Assembly: GCA_040377305.1 (NCBI GenBank) | Contig: JBEIPA010000003.1 | Location: forward strand, 64,001-128,000 | Length of the DNA stretch: 64,000 nucleotides | Direction: 5' to 3' | DNA from: Flavobacteriales bacterium | GTDB taxonomy: Bacteria; Bacteroidota; Bacteroidia; Palsa-965 | In this document: positions 1 through 11,002 of the stretch, one piece after another | Position numbering within the stretch: the first letter of the stretch is position 1 | How the letters are laid out: each line of letters opens with the position of its first letter | The notes under the pieces: model-generated | Database searches by the model: none | What the model saw: only the letters and a program-made list of their open reading frames with translations | What the model was told of the DNA's origin: nothing | Position numbers and translations under genes: made by a program

Positions 1-371
1 ATTAATACAGGCAGTGCAATTTTGATCAGTGTATCGTCGTAGGTAAATGAAAGTGTAGTAGCTCCGATTTTAACTGAGTCAACATTCAGCTCCAGCAGGT
101 CGAGACAGATTTCGTTTACGTTACTCATGCGCGGAGTAAACGTAACGGTTGTGTAACCATCGATCGAGCTTCCCGCAAAATCAGTTATGTCGAGATGGTT
201 ATAGTAGTGGAGCACATCAATAGTATCACTACGATCGTTTCCCGCCTGGGTTTCAACTCCGGGCCATGCACATTCATCGTTCACATGGTGGTTGCAGTAA
301 CGCTGGGCTTGTGCATGTAGTGTTGCGCTGAAAAGTACAGCCGCAATAAGGGTGAGTAAGCTTCTGATCAT
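1..371 (-). CDS. Secreted protein, probably M1-family aminopeptidase (5' part only; runs off window edge)
   Basis: Not in ORF track. Read manually from ATG (cat at 369-371): MIRSLLTLIAAVLFSATLHAQAQRYC...DTIDVLHYYNHLDITDF...LDLLELNVDSV, i.e. a signal peptide plus the DVLHY..LDI N-terminal pattern of Bacteroidota M1 peptidases. Catalytic motif lies outside the window. Confidence 0.65.
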   Translation of the reverse strand, partial: MIRSLLTLIAAVLFSATLHAQAQRYCNHHVNDECAWPGVETQAGNDRSDTIDVLHYYNHLDITDFAGSSIDGYTTVTFTPRMSNVNEICLDLLELNVDSVKIGATTLSFTYDDTLIKIALPVL

Positions 372-433
372 AGCAGGGAAATTACATCCTAAATTTACTA
401 TTTCTCCGCGACTTTTCACAGGGACACCGGTAT

Positions 434-563
434 GAGGAATAGGCAATAGGGAACGCGGATTGTGGTATGAGGAATGGACCTCAGTATAGATGGAATATCA
501 GCTACCTGCTAGCTACGTGTTGAGATTTACTTTCCTCATCCCTCATCCCGCTTTCCTCATTCG
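434..563. repeat. Inverted pair of degenerate 7-mer repeat tracts (GAGGAAT-like / TTCCTCA-like) between divergent genes
   Basis: gaggaat aggcaat agggaac gcggatt gtggtat gaggaat followed by ttcctca tccctca tcccgct ttcctca ttcg. Confidence 0.65.
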
Positions 564-628
564 ATTTTTGTCTACGTAATACTACGGAAGTGTTAGAAGA
601 ATTTTCTTTTCTGGCATACGCTTAGTTA

Positions 629-636
629 TATCTTTG
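629..636 (+). promoter_or_regulatory. Bacteroidota sigmaA -7 element (TAnnTTTG)
   Basis: TATCTTTG 20 nt upstream of ATG 657. Confidence 0.6.
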
Positions 637-656
637 GCTGTCCTTAAGCCAATTTT

Positions 657-1364
657 ATGAAAAAATTACTTGTCATACTGATAGCGTTGGGTGGTGTTGT
701 TCAGCTGCATGCACAATTCATTTTCGGCTGGAACGCAGGATGGGCACCATGCAGAGAATTGAATCGGGAAATCTATGTTTATAATCAGATTAATAAACAT
801 GGACTGGAAAAGGAAATGGGTGAGGTGCACTGGTATCAGGGACCTGTGATCGGATTCCGTTCGGGAAGTGATGAGGGAGGATTTGTAGAATTGCTCTATT
901 CGCGGAAGCGCTGTAAGGTAGGTTCAGAATTTGATTCTGCAGGTGTATCCATGTCCCGGGAGATCAAAACACTTTGTAACACATTCAATCTGGGATTCGG
1001 TTATCAGAGTGATGGCTGGAGAATTGGAGTGAGTGTTGATGCGGGCCGCTTCAAAGGATTCGGTCGTCGGGCTCCAACTTCCGGAATCGGCGATGTGGAG
1101 TGGGACAGAATATGGGTGCAGGATAAACGACGGCTAGTTGGTATTTCAATATATAGACTCTATCTGGCAGAAACGATCTTCATCGAGCGTTCGCTTGCGG
1201 ATGGAATACTTAATGTACGTGCCTATTGTCAGTTACCAGGCACGAATGCTCAACTTGATGGACTGGATGAGTTCCTTTTCAAACAGGAGTTGAATTTTGG
1301 AAATTATCAGCACGAGATATTCTGGAATTTTGGAGCATCAATCACAATTGCAATCGGAGGATAA
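657..1364 (+). CDS. Hypothetical outer-membrane beta-barrel protein
   Basis: Signal peptide (MKKLLVILIALGGVVQLHAQ), amphipathic Gly/aromatic beta strands, C-terminal FGASITIAIG strand. Confidence 0.6.
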   Translation: MKKLLVILIALGGVVQLHAQFIFGWNAGWAPCRELNREIYVYNQINKHGLEKEMGEVHWYQGPVIGFRSGSDEGGFVELLYSRKRCKVGSEFDSAGVSMSREIKTLCNTFNLGFGYQSDGWRIGVSVDAGRFKGFGRRAPTSGIGDVEWDRIWVQDKRRLVGISIYRLYLAETIFIERSLADGILNVRAYCQLPGTNAQLDGLDEFLFKQELNFGNYQHEIFWNFGASITIAIGG

Positions 1365-1369
1365 GCGAC

Positions 1370-2197
1370 ATGAAAAAGATCGGAAGATATTTTTGTACCC
1401 TATTTGCTCTCTGCATGTTCGGTGGTACTGCAAAAGCCGAGTTTGAACCAATTATTTTTATCGAAGCCGGCTATGCGTCACTCAAGTATAAAACGGATGA
1501 GCTTCCTGTGTTTCTTAAATCCTATAATTCGTATCAGACAACATTGACACAGCAGTTCGGATTGAAACTTCCTGCAGCACGCGGCCCTTATCTCAAAGTT
1601 GGTATTGGTGTTGGTGCTACCTGTAAAATGATTTTGGACTTCACAATTTACAATGCGAAAAGCCAGCCACTTTCAGCGCGCTTCGGAGACGGAACCGGCA
1701 GGGATATTTGGGTTGAACATAGATTGTCGAATACCAATATTGGGATTCGTTTTGGTGGCACCAAAGAAATTCCTGTGTGGGCGCAGTTTAATATGAATCT
1801 TGCTGTACAGAACTCATCACTGTATTTCGCGTATGTCTATCCTGATGGATCACTAAGTCTCGGCACTGAACGTACTTTAAGCGGTATATATAGCAATTTC
1901 AATCTTGCTGGTGGCTTTGGTGTTGCAGCTGGTATACGGCTTCTGGGGCCAATTGGACTTGCAATTGGTGTAGATCGAATCGGAGTTTTTGAGAGAAAGA
2001 AAAGTATAGAGTATCACAAGTACTCGGACCTCAATAATGTGAAGCCTGATATGCAACCTGATTACATTCCACGTGACATGGCAACTTACGTTTCTGATCC
2101 GTTCAATTCAATTGAAAATAGCATCGGTAACGATTTTCGTGGATGGAAATTCACTGCGGGAATTACACTTTCACTTGGCGACTGGGAGGCAAACTAA
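1370..2197 (+). CDS. Hypothetical outer-membrane beta-barrel protein
   Basis: Signal peptide ending AKA, alternating beta-strand pattern, C-terminal WKFTAGITLSLG; 5 nt after previous stop. Confidence 0.6.
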   Translation: MKKIGRYFCTLFALCMFGGTAKAEFEPIIFIEAGYASLKYKTDELPVFLKSYNSYQTTLTQQFGLKLPAARGPYLKVGIGVGATCKMILDFTIYNAKSQPLSARFGDGTGRDIWVEHRLSNTNIGIRFGGTKEIPVWAQFNMNLAVQNSSLYFAYVYPDGSLSLGTERTLSGIYSNFNLAGGFGVAAGIRLLGPIGLAIGVDRIGVFERKKSIEYHKYSDLNNVKPDMQPDYIPRDMATYVSDPFNSIENSIGNDFRGWKFTAGITLSLGDWEAN

Positions 2198-2682
2198 TGA
2201 GAAAGTTCATCTTCATATTCAGCGCAATAGTCACTACTGCTTTCGTTTCGTGCGATAAAGGTGATATGGAAATTAAGAAACTCAACAGAGGTGAAGGCAC
2301 GTGGACAATCGAATCAATCGTGGTAGAGGAATACGACTCTACCGGAATAAACCGAACAGGTTCAACAACGCGCACAGACCTTGGCGAGTTTGTATTCTTC
2401 AAGGAAACGACATTAAGTGCATTGTTCGATGAGCATTTTGTGACCATACTCATTCCCGATACTTCAGGAGTAATCTCCGGATACACAGGTGGCGTTTATT
2501 ACGATGACAGCCGGGTGAAGATTGATTGTGATCCGGCCCCGATTGTTGGTGGTATCGTATCACTCAACGGCGTATGGACTGTTCACGATAACGGTCGCAG
2601 GAATCAAACGTGGACGATGTACATACTCGACAATAATGCTACGTTAGCAACTAAGTACATTCTTGAGATCAAGAAGAAGTAA
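2197..2682 (+). CDS. Hypothetical lipoprotein (lipocalin-like beta-rich)
   Basis: Start reassigned to ATG 2197 (TAATG overlap); lipobox AFVSC; GTWTI motif typical of Bacteroidota lipocalin-like lipoproteins. Confidence 0.65.
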   Translation: MRKFIFIFSAIVTTAFVSCDKGDMEIKKLNRGEGTWTIESIVVEEYDSTGINRTGSTTRTDLGEFVFFKETTLSALFDEHFVTILIPDTSGVISGYTGGVYYDDSRVKIDCDPAPIVGGIVSLNGVWTVHDNGRRNQTWTMYILDNNATLATKYILEIKKK

Positions 2683-2684
2683 TC

Positions 2685-3416
2685 TTACTCTTCGTAGATA
2701 CGGAACAGGTTTATTGAAATTCCGACGTTCACGAACGAGTCTTTGTAGCTCAACGGTTCGGAATTCAGTTTCTGCGAAAGTCCGAATTGTGCTTGCAGCT
2801 TTATCCACTGGTACCCGCCGCGTAGCGTGATAGCAGGTTCTATAAAGCTCCACACCGGACGATCCACCTGATAAAATTGACCATCAATCTGATCCTGCAT
2901 TGTGTAGTTCGTGCTTACACTCGTGTATTTGCCAATTACAAACCGGGGTGTAAGTGCTACATCGAAAAAGCGTGTACCGAGACCAAAGGACGGTTGAACA
3001 AAGAAGCGCATTCCTTTTGCATCAAACGTATAGTGTTGCATTTGGTTGTTGTCGTCCTCCTTGTACTCGCTGAACTGAACACCACCCATTCCGCCACCAA
3101 CGTAGGTTTCGAAAATGAATGGTCTCACGCGTGTAAAATATCCGAAACCGACTTCGACTAACCCACCGGAACCTTGAAGCGTGTTGTTGTCGGAATTTTC
3201 TTTGACATAAAATCCGTTAAGCATTACACCTGCGTGATCAGTAATGGCATACGCAACCTGAACGTTTTGCTGATCAACTGAAGCACGAATTTCGCCCGCA
3301 TTATTAAGGAGTGGTGTATTGATTGCATTCGGGTGATAAACGGATTTACATGACGTAGCCAGTGAACAAAGTACAATCACCGTTATCGATACGAAAAAGA
3401 AAAGTAGATGTCTCAT
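2685..3416 (-). CDS. Hypothetical lipoprotein / outer-membrane beta-barrel protein
   Basis: Lipobox LATSC, Y.PN..N.P motif, beta-strand body ending VNVGISINLF. Confidence 0.65.
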   Translation of the reverse strand: MRHLLFFFVSITVIVLCSLATSCKSVYHPNAINTPLLNNAGEIRASVDQQNVQVAYAITDHAGVMLNGFYVKENSDNNTLQGSGGLVEVGFGYFTRVRPFIFETYVGGGMGGVQFSEYKEDDNNQMQHYTFDAKGMRFFVQPSFGLGTRFFDVALTPRFVIGKYTSVSTNYTMQDQIDGQFYQVDRPVWSFIEPAITLRGGYQWIKLQAQFGLSQKLNSEPLSYKDSFVNVGISINLFRIYEE

Positions 3417-3536
3417 GTCATAGGTTTTAGGTTCCTAGGACAAGTATACGTTGGGCTCTTTTACCCGGTATTCATAAATCGATTCTTAGAACAAAAGCAA
3501 CGATGCATTGCAAACAAAAACCAACCAATTGTTCGG

Positions 3537-5171
<1,635 letters not shown>

Positions 5172-5187
5172 TTAAAATTTCAGGGTG

Positions 5188-5195
5188 CAAAGATA
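5188..5195 (-). promoter_or_regulatory. Bacteroidota -7 element
   Basis: caaagata on + = TATCTTTG on -, 22 nt upstream of ABC-F start. Confidence 0.6.
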
Positions 5196-5198
5196 CGG

Positions 5199-5314
5199 TT
5201 TCCTGTTTCCAGTTCCCCGTTTCCGGTTGTTCGAAGTGTAGGGTTCTTCGTCTCTCACACCCTTATTCGACGAAATGTTCAATTTCAGGGAACAGGGAAC
5301 TGGAATCAGGGAAC
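5199..5314. repeat. Inverted pair of 7-mer repeat tracts (TTTCCTG/TTTCCAG/TTCCCCG vs CAGGGAA/CTGGAAT)
   Basis: tttcctgtttccagttccccgtttccgg ... cagggaacagggaactggaatcagggaac. Confidence 0.65.
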
Positions 5315-5315
5315 A

Positions 5316-5342
5316 AAAAAAGGTTCCCGAAGGAACCTTTTT
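5316..5342. terminator. Intrinsic terminator (bidirectional-type hairpin)
   Basis: AAAAAGGTTCC-CGAA-GGAACCTTTTT perfect stem with A/T tails, downstream of the 5393-5623 gene. Confidence 0.8.
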
Positions 5343-5392
5343 ACCAACAGACCTGGCATGCTGTTGTAACAGGAACTTAATTCCCGCAGTAT

Positions 5393-5623
5393 TTAAGCCG
5401 CGTCTGCACCGAATTCGCGAAACTTTTTCCATTCGAAGTAATGCATCATTTGTGCTTTCCGAAGGAAAATCATTTCGAGCTTTTCGTTCAGCTCGGGAGA
5501 TGTATTCTGACGTTTAAATAAATTAACCAGTCGCTCGGCTGATTCCAGCTGAAGAAGTGAATGACTCGACAGGATATTTCTATTTACCGTGTCGTACACT
5601 TCATTAATCTTCTGCTTGTCCAT
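5393..5623 (-). CDS. Small hypothetical protein (76 aa, helical)
   Basis: ATG start, own terminator downstream and sigma54-like motif upstream. Confidence 0.65.
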   Translation of the reverse strand: MDKQKINEVYDTVNRNILSSHSLLQLESAERLVNLFKRQNTSPELNEKLEMIFLRKAQMMHYFEWKKFREFGADAA

Positions 5624-5656
5624 AACTCACTTTTTTAGGGTTAATGTCTAGAGATA

Positions 5657-5672
5657 TGCATATCTCATGCCA
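5657..5672 (-). promoter_or_regulatory. Putative sigma54 (-24/-12) promoter
   Basis: Minus strand TGGCATGAGATATGCA matches TGGCAYG-N4-WTGC with correct GG/GC spacing; overlaps perfect palindrome GAGATATGCATATCTC (5651-5666). Confidence 0.5.
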
Positions 5673-5755
5673 GAGTGATTTATGCATGGAATTCTCGCTA
5701 ATTCCGCCTATTTAGAACGGAAAACGCGACACGTTTAGTACATTTAGAATGGCGA

Positions 5756-6430
5756 ATGATGAAAGAATTTCACAGCAGATATTGCATCCGGAGACAGGTA
5801 GCCATCCTGATGGCGCTGCTGGTTATTTGCATTTCACAAGTGGAAGCGAGCCCAAGCAGCAAAACGCGAAGGCATTTATCCCGACCGGAGAAAGTATGGA
5901 GCGCGTTTCATCCTTTCAAGGCAAAGAAAGTTCTGAAGTGTGCAAGACGTTCCATTTTCGTTACAGATTCATTGGAGAAAGCGGGTGTGTTAACCGACAG
6001 GGACGGTGGACAACTCGATGCTTTTCGTCACGCGTATTGGATGGCGCTCATGATCAAAGAAGGCATGAACAAGACCGTCGTACGCAAAATTGGAGAGCGC
6101 CACGAAAAAGGTAATTATATTGATTTCAAACGAGGCCGTCTGGAAGATTCATCGCGTGCCGACTCAATGATGTGTGTGATGGATTTGCGGAATAATGAAC
6201 GCGGAATTGAGACAGGCGAATTGTACACGAGCGATTCTCCTCCTAAACTTTCAATGATTGAAATGGTGTTGCTGCACATCTGGAATGGAACGATGGTGAT
6301 CATGAGCAAAAATGCAGCCGGCGAGTATCTCGATAAGGATGGAACAGTTATTAAAATGGATGAGTACAAGGGTAAATGGTACATTCCCAAAGTGATAGTT
6401 AATTCAAACATGATCGTTGTTCCGCACTGA
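5756..6430 (+). CDS. DUF6973-like domain protein (exported)
   Basis: DAFRHAYWMA...HE...MDLRNN..G motif; hydrophobic N-terminal signal. Confidence 0.7.
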   Translation: MMKEFHSRYCIRRQVAILMALLVICISQVEASPSSKTRRHLSRPEKVWSAFHPFKAKKVLKCARRSIFVTDSLEKAGVLTDRDGGQLDAFRHAYWMALMIKEGMNKTVVRKIGERHEKGNYIDFKRGRLEDSSRADSMMCVMDLRNNERGIETGELYTSDSPPKLSMIEMVLLHIWNGTMVIMSKNAAGEYLDKDGTVIKMDEYKGKWYIPKVIVNSNMIVVPH

Positions 6431-6455
6431 TGTAATTTGTGATACATTTGAAACT

Positions 6456-7013
6456 ATGAGACTACTTCGACTTTTTATTCCCGCAGCATTATTGTTCATC
6501 GCATCTTGTTCCGGCGACACTGATTCTGCTCAAGACGATTCGAAAACATCGGCAACGAATCCGAATGCAGTTGAGGTGACAGAAGGAACTCCTGCTGAAA
6601 CCGCCAAACAGATTGCTGAATTCGTTATCGCGAATGACAATCAGGGCCTCATGAATTTGATCATCACTTCGGAAGAAATGACGGATGTGATTACGAATTC
6701 ATCGGTTACACCAATGGGAAAGGAAGTTGCGATCAAGAATATTCCGACAGAAATTTCGAAAATGCGTGTCGATTATACCAACGGACTTGCAGACATTCGC
6801 AAGCAGTGTGAAACTGCGGGAGTAGAGTGGAGTAACTGCAAATTCAAAGACGCGAGGTACGAGATGAATAATCCCACCGGATATTTCATGGCTCAGATCG
6901 TTTGCATTCTCGAGTGCAACGGAATGGAATACAAATTCACCACAACAGATGTGGTACAAACAAAGAATGGCTGGAGGCTGGGCGGATCAATGATGTACGG
7001 AGAAACGAAGTAG
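6456..7013 (+). CDS. Hypothetical lipoprotein
   Basis: Start reassigned to ATG 6456 (TACATTTG at 6443-6450 just upstream); lipobox FIASC. Confidence 0.75.
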   Translation: MRLLRLFIPAALLFIASCSGDTDSAQDDSKTSATNPNAVEVTEGTPAETAKQIAEFVIANDNQGLMNLIITSEEMTDVITNSSVTPMGKEVAIKNIPTEISKMRVDYTNGLADIRKQCETAGVEWSNCKFKDARYEMNNPTGYFMAQIVCILECNGMEYKFTTTDVVQTKNGWRLGGSMMYGETK

Positions 7014-7014
7014 T

Positions 7015-7446
7015 ATGTACAGTTGTCCGCGATGTAATGCTCCTGTAATGCCTGGTGCCGCATATTGTCCAAACTGCAGTTTCAATTTTGTTGGTGCGCA
7101 ATATTCAGCAACCGATCAGCAAGTTGAAACGAAACGCGAAAAGCACTATCGGATTTTTCTGATAGTCATTGCGGCCCTTTTCATTTTCGATGGCATATTC
7201 TGGAGAATTGTACAGAAACTTGGGGATACAATCGGCTACGAAATTTATGACACGGTAAAGCCATATACGTGGTTGGTGTCTCCAATCTTCGCGTCGATTC
7301 CGGCAGTGATCGGATTCTTGTTACCAAAAACCACACCGTGGCGATTGATATTTATTATCGGGGGATCGCTGTGGTTTGTTTTCAGGATGTTTGAGTTTAT
7401 TCAACAGCAATTCACATCCAACGATTTCGTTTTCTTCGAATTCTGA
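7015..7446 (+). CDS. Zinc-ribbon domain membrane protein
   Basis: CPRC...CPNC at N-terminus followed by three hydrophobic helices. Confidence 0.75.
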   Translation: MYSCPRCNAPVMPGAAYCPNCSFNFVGAQYSATDQQVETKREKHYRIFLIVIAALFIFDGIFWRIVQKLGDTIGYEIYDTVKPYTWLVSPIFASIPAVIGFLLPKTTPWRLIFIIGGSLWFVFRMFEFIQQQFTSNDFVFFEF

Positions 7447-8025
7447 TTACTTCCTGTTTCCGCCGAACAAATTACGGATGGGTGAACTACCCGATCCCGC
7501 TCTGAACACTCCATGTTCTGCACTCCGTATGTCTTCGATCGTATAGAATGCATTCGGTTGTATCGCTTCGATTTTCTCGATAATTCCTTTCATGTGTTTA
7601 CGCTGCACAATCGTGAACAACAGTTTCACAGGACCTTTTGCACCCATCCCGTCAACAACAGTTAACCCGTGATTGGACGCACGCAACATTTTGATCAACT
7701 CGGTGCTGTCAAGTTCAGTCGTGATGATGCGAATAACCTGATTGCCGAGTGCAAGGCGTTCTTCAATGCGCATTCCTACATAAGTTCCTGCTGAGAATCC
7801 GCCAGCCCACGCTAAATAAGCTGCAATGTTATCGACATGATTGAGCACTTGCTTCATCGCAATGAGCCAGATGAGGACTTCAAAAAAACCAATGACAGGA
7901 ACAATTTTCTTGAATCCTTTGTGAATGAAAATGTTCCGGAGTGTCGCGAGCGTTACGTCTGTAAGGCGCGACATAAATATCAGCAGCGGAATGATAATCC
8001 AATTAAGTGCGTCGTCGAAAGTCAC
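7447..8025 (-). CDS. UPF0316 / DUF2179 (DUF5698) family membrane protein
   Basis: DVTLATLR...GFFEVLIW...GGFSAGTYVG..IEE.LA.G and P.AFYTIED motifs; probable GTG start at 8025 just below TATCTTTG (8030-8037, minus). Confidence 0.85.
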   Translation of the reverse strand: MTFDDALNWIIIPLLIFMSRLTDVTLATLRNIFIHKGFKKIVPVIGFFEVLIWLIAMKQVLNHVDNIAAYLAWAGGFSAGTYVGMRIEERLALGNQVIRIITTELDSTELIKMLRASNHGLTVVDGMGAKGPVKLLFTIVQRKHMKGIIEKIEAIQPNAFYTIEDIRSAEHGVFRAGSGSSPIRNLFGGNRK

Positions 8026-8092
8026 GTTGCAAAGATAGTAACCAGATTCTGCGTAGCTCGCCAATATCACATTTTATCCGAAGGATAAAAAA

Positions 8093-8156
8093 GCCCCTCT
8101 CTTTTGGAGAGGGGTTGGGGTGAGGCTTTTTGAATCTCGAAGAGCCTCACCCCAAC
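8093..8156. repeat. REP-like element with two overlapping inverted repeats
   Basis: CCCCTCTC-TTTTG-GAGAGGGG hairpin and perfect 14-bp IR GTTGGGGTGAGGCT (8114-8127) / AGCCTCACCCCAAC (8143-8156). Confidence 0.7.
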
Positions 8157-8159
8157 TGC

Positions 8160-10958
8160 CTACTGAACAATCAACCCCTTCGACTCAACAACTTCACCTG
8201 CAACCATGCGAATGTAGTATACGCCTGGCGCCAGGTCAGCAATATTTACCTCTGTCGTTTGATCTCCCGCGCCCATCTGGTCTTTCTGAACCGCGCGAAT
8301 TATGCGACCAAGCTCATCAAGAATCACAATTTCAACGTCGCTTGCCTTGTTTAGCGTGTACTTGATATTCACAACTTCAGTTGCCGGATTCGGATACACA
8401 TTCATTCCCAGAGTAAGCGATTGCTCCACTTCAGGTATGGTTACGATATCATTCACACTGGTAATCGTTGTTGAATAGATACCGTTTGCATGCGTCGCCA
8501 GCAATACTGTTCCATCGCTCACACGGTAATCAATCATGTCGCAAACTACAGCACCAATTGTGTTATCGCCCTGACGAACCCAAATTGTAGCAGTACCCAT
8601 CAATGTGTCAGTCGCATAAAGACCCGTGCTTGTTGCAGCGAGATAAACTGTTCCATCAGAAACCGGAATGATACTTACCCAACGAACAGATGGTCCGTTG
8701 CCGGAACCGCTGGTAACATTCTGTTCAAGATTACCAGCTTGCTTTGTCCACGTGGTTCCGCCATCAATGGAATGCCAGATGCTGTACACGATATAGTTAG
8801 AATAACAAACCATGATTTCATTTCCGTTATTCGGATTTGAAGTCACACAGGAAGTGAATCCAAGTGCCGGTGCTTGTGGCGGCGTAATATCAACCGGAGT
8901 AGGAGTGCCCACATTCGCATTATCTACGCGATAAATTCTGCGCTTGTCAGTTCCGTAGTACACGCGATTCGCAGGCGTAGTACATGCATGCAACGCTGTG
9001 ATTTTCGAATTTGCGAGTGGAACAGAATCAGCCCATTGTACCCAGTTCGTGCTGATTGAATCCCATTGATTGGTCAACGGAATCTGTGAAAGGTCGTCGT
9101 TTCTCCAAAGATGTTTCGCTCCTGCGAGATACATGATATTCTGGTTGTTCGGATCTAATGTAAACGGATTGATGAAGAGATACGCGTCTTTGTCAATACC
9201 AATCGGATCTATTCTTCGCGCACCGGTAACATTACCTGCAGCATCGAGAGTGGCCTTGTTCATCTTCCCTTTCTGAATGGAGAAGTAATACATACCGCCA
9301 CCGTTTTCAATCTGCGCATAACTTCCATCACCACCGCGTGCATGTACCCAAGGCGATGTCATCGTCGCGTTGTTCGTCCACCACGTTCCGTTATCCTGAG
9401 CGCCCGCTGCAATGATATTGCTTCCTGGCGTTCCATGATCCATTGCAATGGTGTAGAACTGCGTGGTGAAGTATCCATTATTCAGCGATGACCACGTCAC
9501 ATTCGGTGCCATGCAATCTGTTGTTTTGAAAACACCGCCATCATTGTTGTTGAACAGTACATCCGGATTCGACGGAAGGAAATAGATGCCGTGATTATCC
9601 GGGTGGTTGTTTGGCCAGCTACCGATTAATGGAAAATCAGTAAAGAGTTCGTAACCGCCAATCATTTCGGTGTTAGCAGTGTCGTTGAAACGGTTCGTGT
9701 TACGATACGTGTTTGTTCCTCCAATGAAAACCGTGTTGGAATCATCCGGTTTCACTTGTACAACCAAATCGTAACCACCTTGAGCGTTGAAGTCACTGAA
9801 AATTCCCCACTGCTGACCGGTTGGAAGATTCATGGAAAGATCTTCCCACATTCCGTTTGGACCAGATCCATCACCACCAATGTATGTGTAACGCCAGAGT
9901 GTATTATACTCCACATCGCCCTGGAAATTTGTATCAGGCATTCCCAGTCCATCAGAATTTCCCAGGAAGTATAATTCATTTTCATTCTGCGGATTGATTC
10001 CCATGACCACTCGGTTGCAAAGTGAATCACCGAACATGGAAGTTGAAATTCTGGTCCACGTTGTTCCCTGATCAACACTTCTCCAGATTCCTTTTGAAGG
10101 ACCATCGGAGCTCAGCGTTGCGTAAACAATTCCGGAATCTTTCGTTACCGCAACATCTGTGAAATAAGAATAGGCCGACAAATTTCCACCGCGAACAACA
10201 GTCCAGGAAGTTCCTCCGTTCATGCTGCGATAAATTCCACCGAGGTTCGCCACATAAACAACATCATTGACCGTGTCATTCTGATCGAGAGCAACATTCC
10301 ATTGAAAATCCCAGAACGAATCAAACGACTGCGGTGTATTGGTTACTGTAGTTGTAAGCGGAGTCCATGTCGCACCATTGTCTGTGCTTTTCAGAACACC
10401 ATTGCCAAGATAATACGCACTTCCTCCGCTTGCTGATTGACCATACGCTTCACCGGAACCGGCATACCAAACCGAATCGTGACCGGCACGCATATCCTGT
10501 GCGAGACAACTTACACCATGATAAGCAAGTGAAGGTGTCACTTTCGTCCAGGAAGTTCCTCCATCGAAGGAAGTCCATATTCCACCACTGGTTGAGCCGG
10601 CAAGCAGGTGATTCTCGTTGTTCTTGTCAATGCCAAATGCACGCGTTCGTCCGCCTACATTCCAGGGTCCACGTTGATTCCATACCGCCTGCGATTGCGT
10701 ATTCGGTCCAAATCGTGCTACCGAATGATCGCTTGGTAATGTTGCCGAGAAAGCAAGCTCCTTTTCACGAATGTGTTCGGGAATCTTTCCATCAGGACCA
10801 GCAAGGCGCATCAAGTCGTATTGTTGACGTTCCGACAGATTTTCCTCCATTGGATCACCAATTTTGAGAGGTTCACTTTCAGGAGAAGAACAGCCAGTTA
10901 AGAGGAAAACAGCGGTTCCAACGGTAATTACTGTTAAGGGAAGGAAATATTTTTTCAT
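8160..10958 (-). CDS. BNR/Asp-box (Vps10/sortilin-like) beta-propeller protein with T9SS type A sorting domain
   Basis: Start reassigned to MKKYFL (10958); GP.NVGGRTRA, repeated S.D/NGGTSWT Asp-boxes, GAQDNGT; C-terminal VYPNP...GVYYIRM. Confidence 0.85.
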   Translation of the reverse strand: MKKYFLPLTVITVGTAVFLLTGCSSPESEPLKIGDPMEENLSERQQYDLMRLAGPDGKIPEHIREKELAFSATLPSDHSVARFGPNTQSQAVWNQRGPWNVGGRTRAFGIDKNNENHLLAGSTSGGIWTSFDGGTSWTKVTPSLAYHGVSCLAQDMRAGHDSVWYAGSGEAYGQSASGGSAYYLGNGVLKSTDNGATWTPLTTTVTNTPQSFDSFWDFQWNVALDQNDTVNDVVYVANLGGIYRSMNGGTSWTVVRGGNLSAYSYFTDVAVTKDSGIVYATLSSDGPSKGIWRSVDQGTTWTRISTSMFGDSLCNRVVMGINPQNENELYFLGNSDGLGMPDTNFQGDVEYNTLWRYTYIGGDGSGPNGMWEDLSMNLPTGQQWGIFSDFNAQGGYDLVVQVKPDDSNTVFIGGTNTYRNTNRFNDTANTEMIGGYELFTDFPLIGSWPNNHPDNHGIYFLPSNPDVLFNNNDGGVFKTTDCMAPNVTWSSLNNGYFTTQFYTIAMDHGTPGSNIIAAGAQDNGTWWTNNATMTSPWVHARGGDGSYAQIENGGGMYYFSIQKGKMNKATLDAAGNVTGARRIDPIGIDKDAYLFINPFTLDPNNQNIMYLAGAKHLWRNDDLSQIPLTNQWDSISTNWVQWADSVPLANSKITALHACTTPANRVYYGTDKRRIYRVDNANVGTPTPVDITPPQAPALGFTSCVTSNPNNGNEIMVCYSNYIVYSIWHSIDGGTTWTKQAGNLEQNVTSGSGNGPSVRWVSIIPVSDGTVYLAATSTGLYATDTLMGTATIWVRQGDNTIGAVVCDMIDYRVSDGTVLLATHANGIYSTTITSVNDIVTIPEVEQSLTLGMNVYPNPATEVVNIKYTLNKASDVEIVILDELGRIIRAVQKDQMGAGDQTTEVNIADLAPGVYYIRMVAGEVVESKGLIVQ

Positions 10959-11002
10959 TGGGAATTGGGTTGCGTTCAAAAATACCGAAATTCGCGTCCG
11001 AA

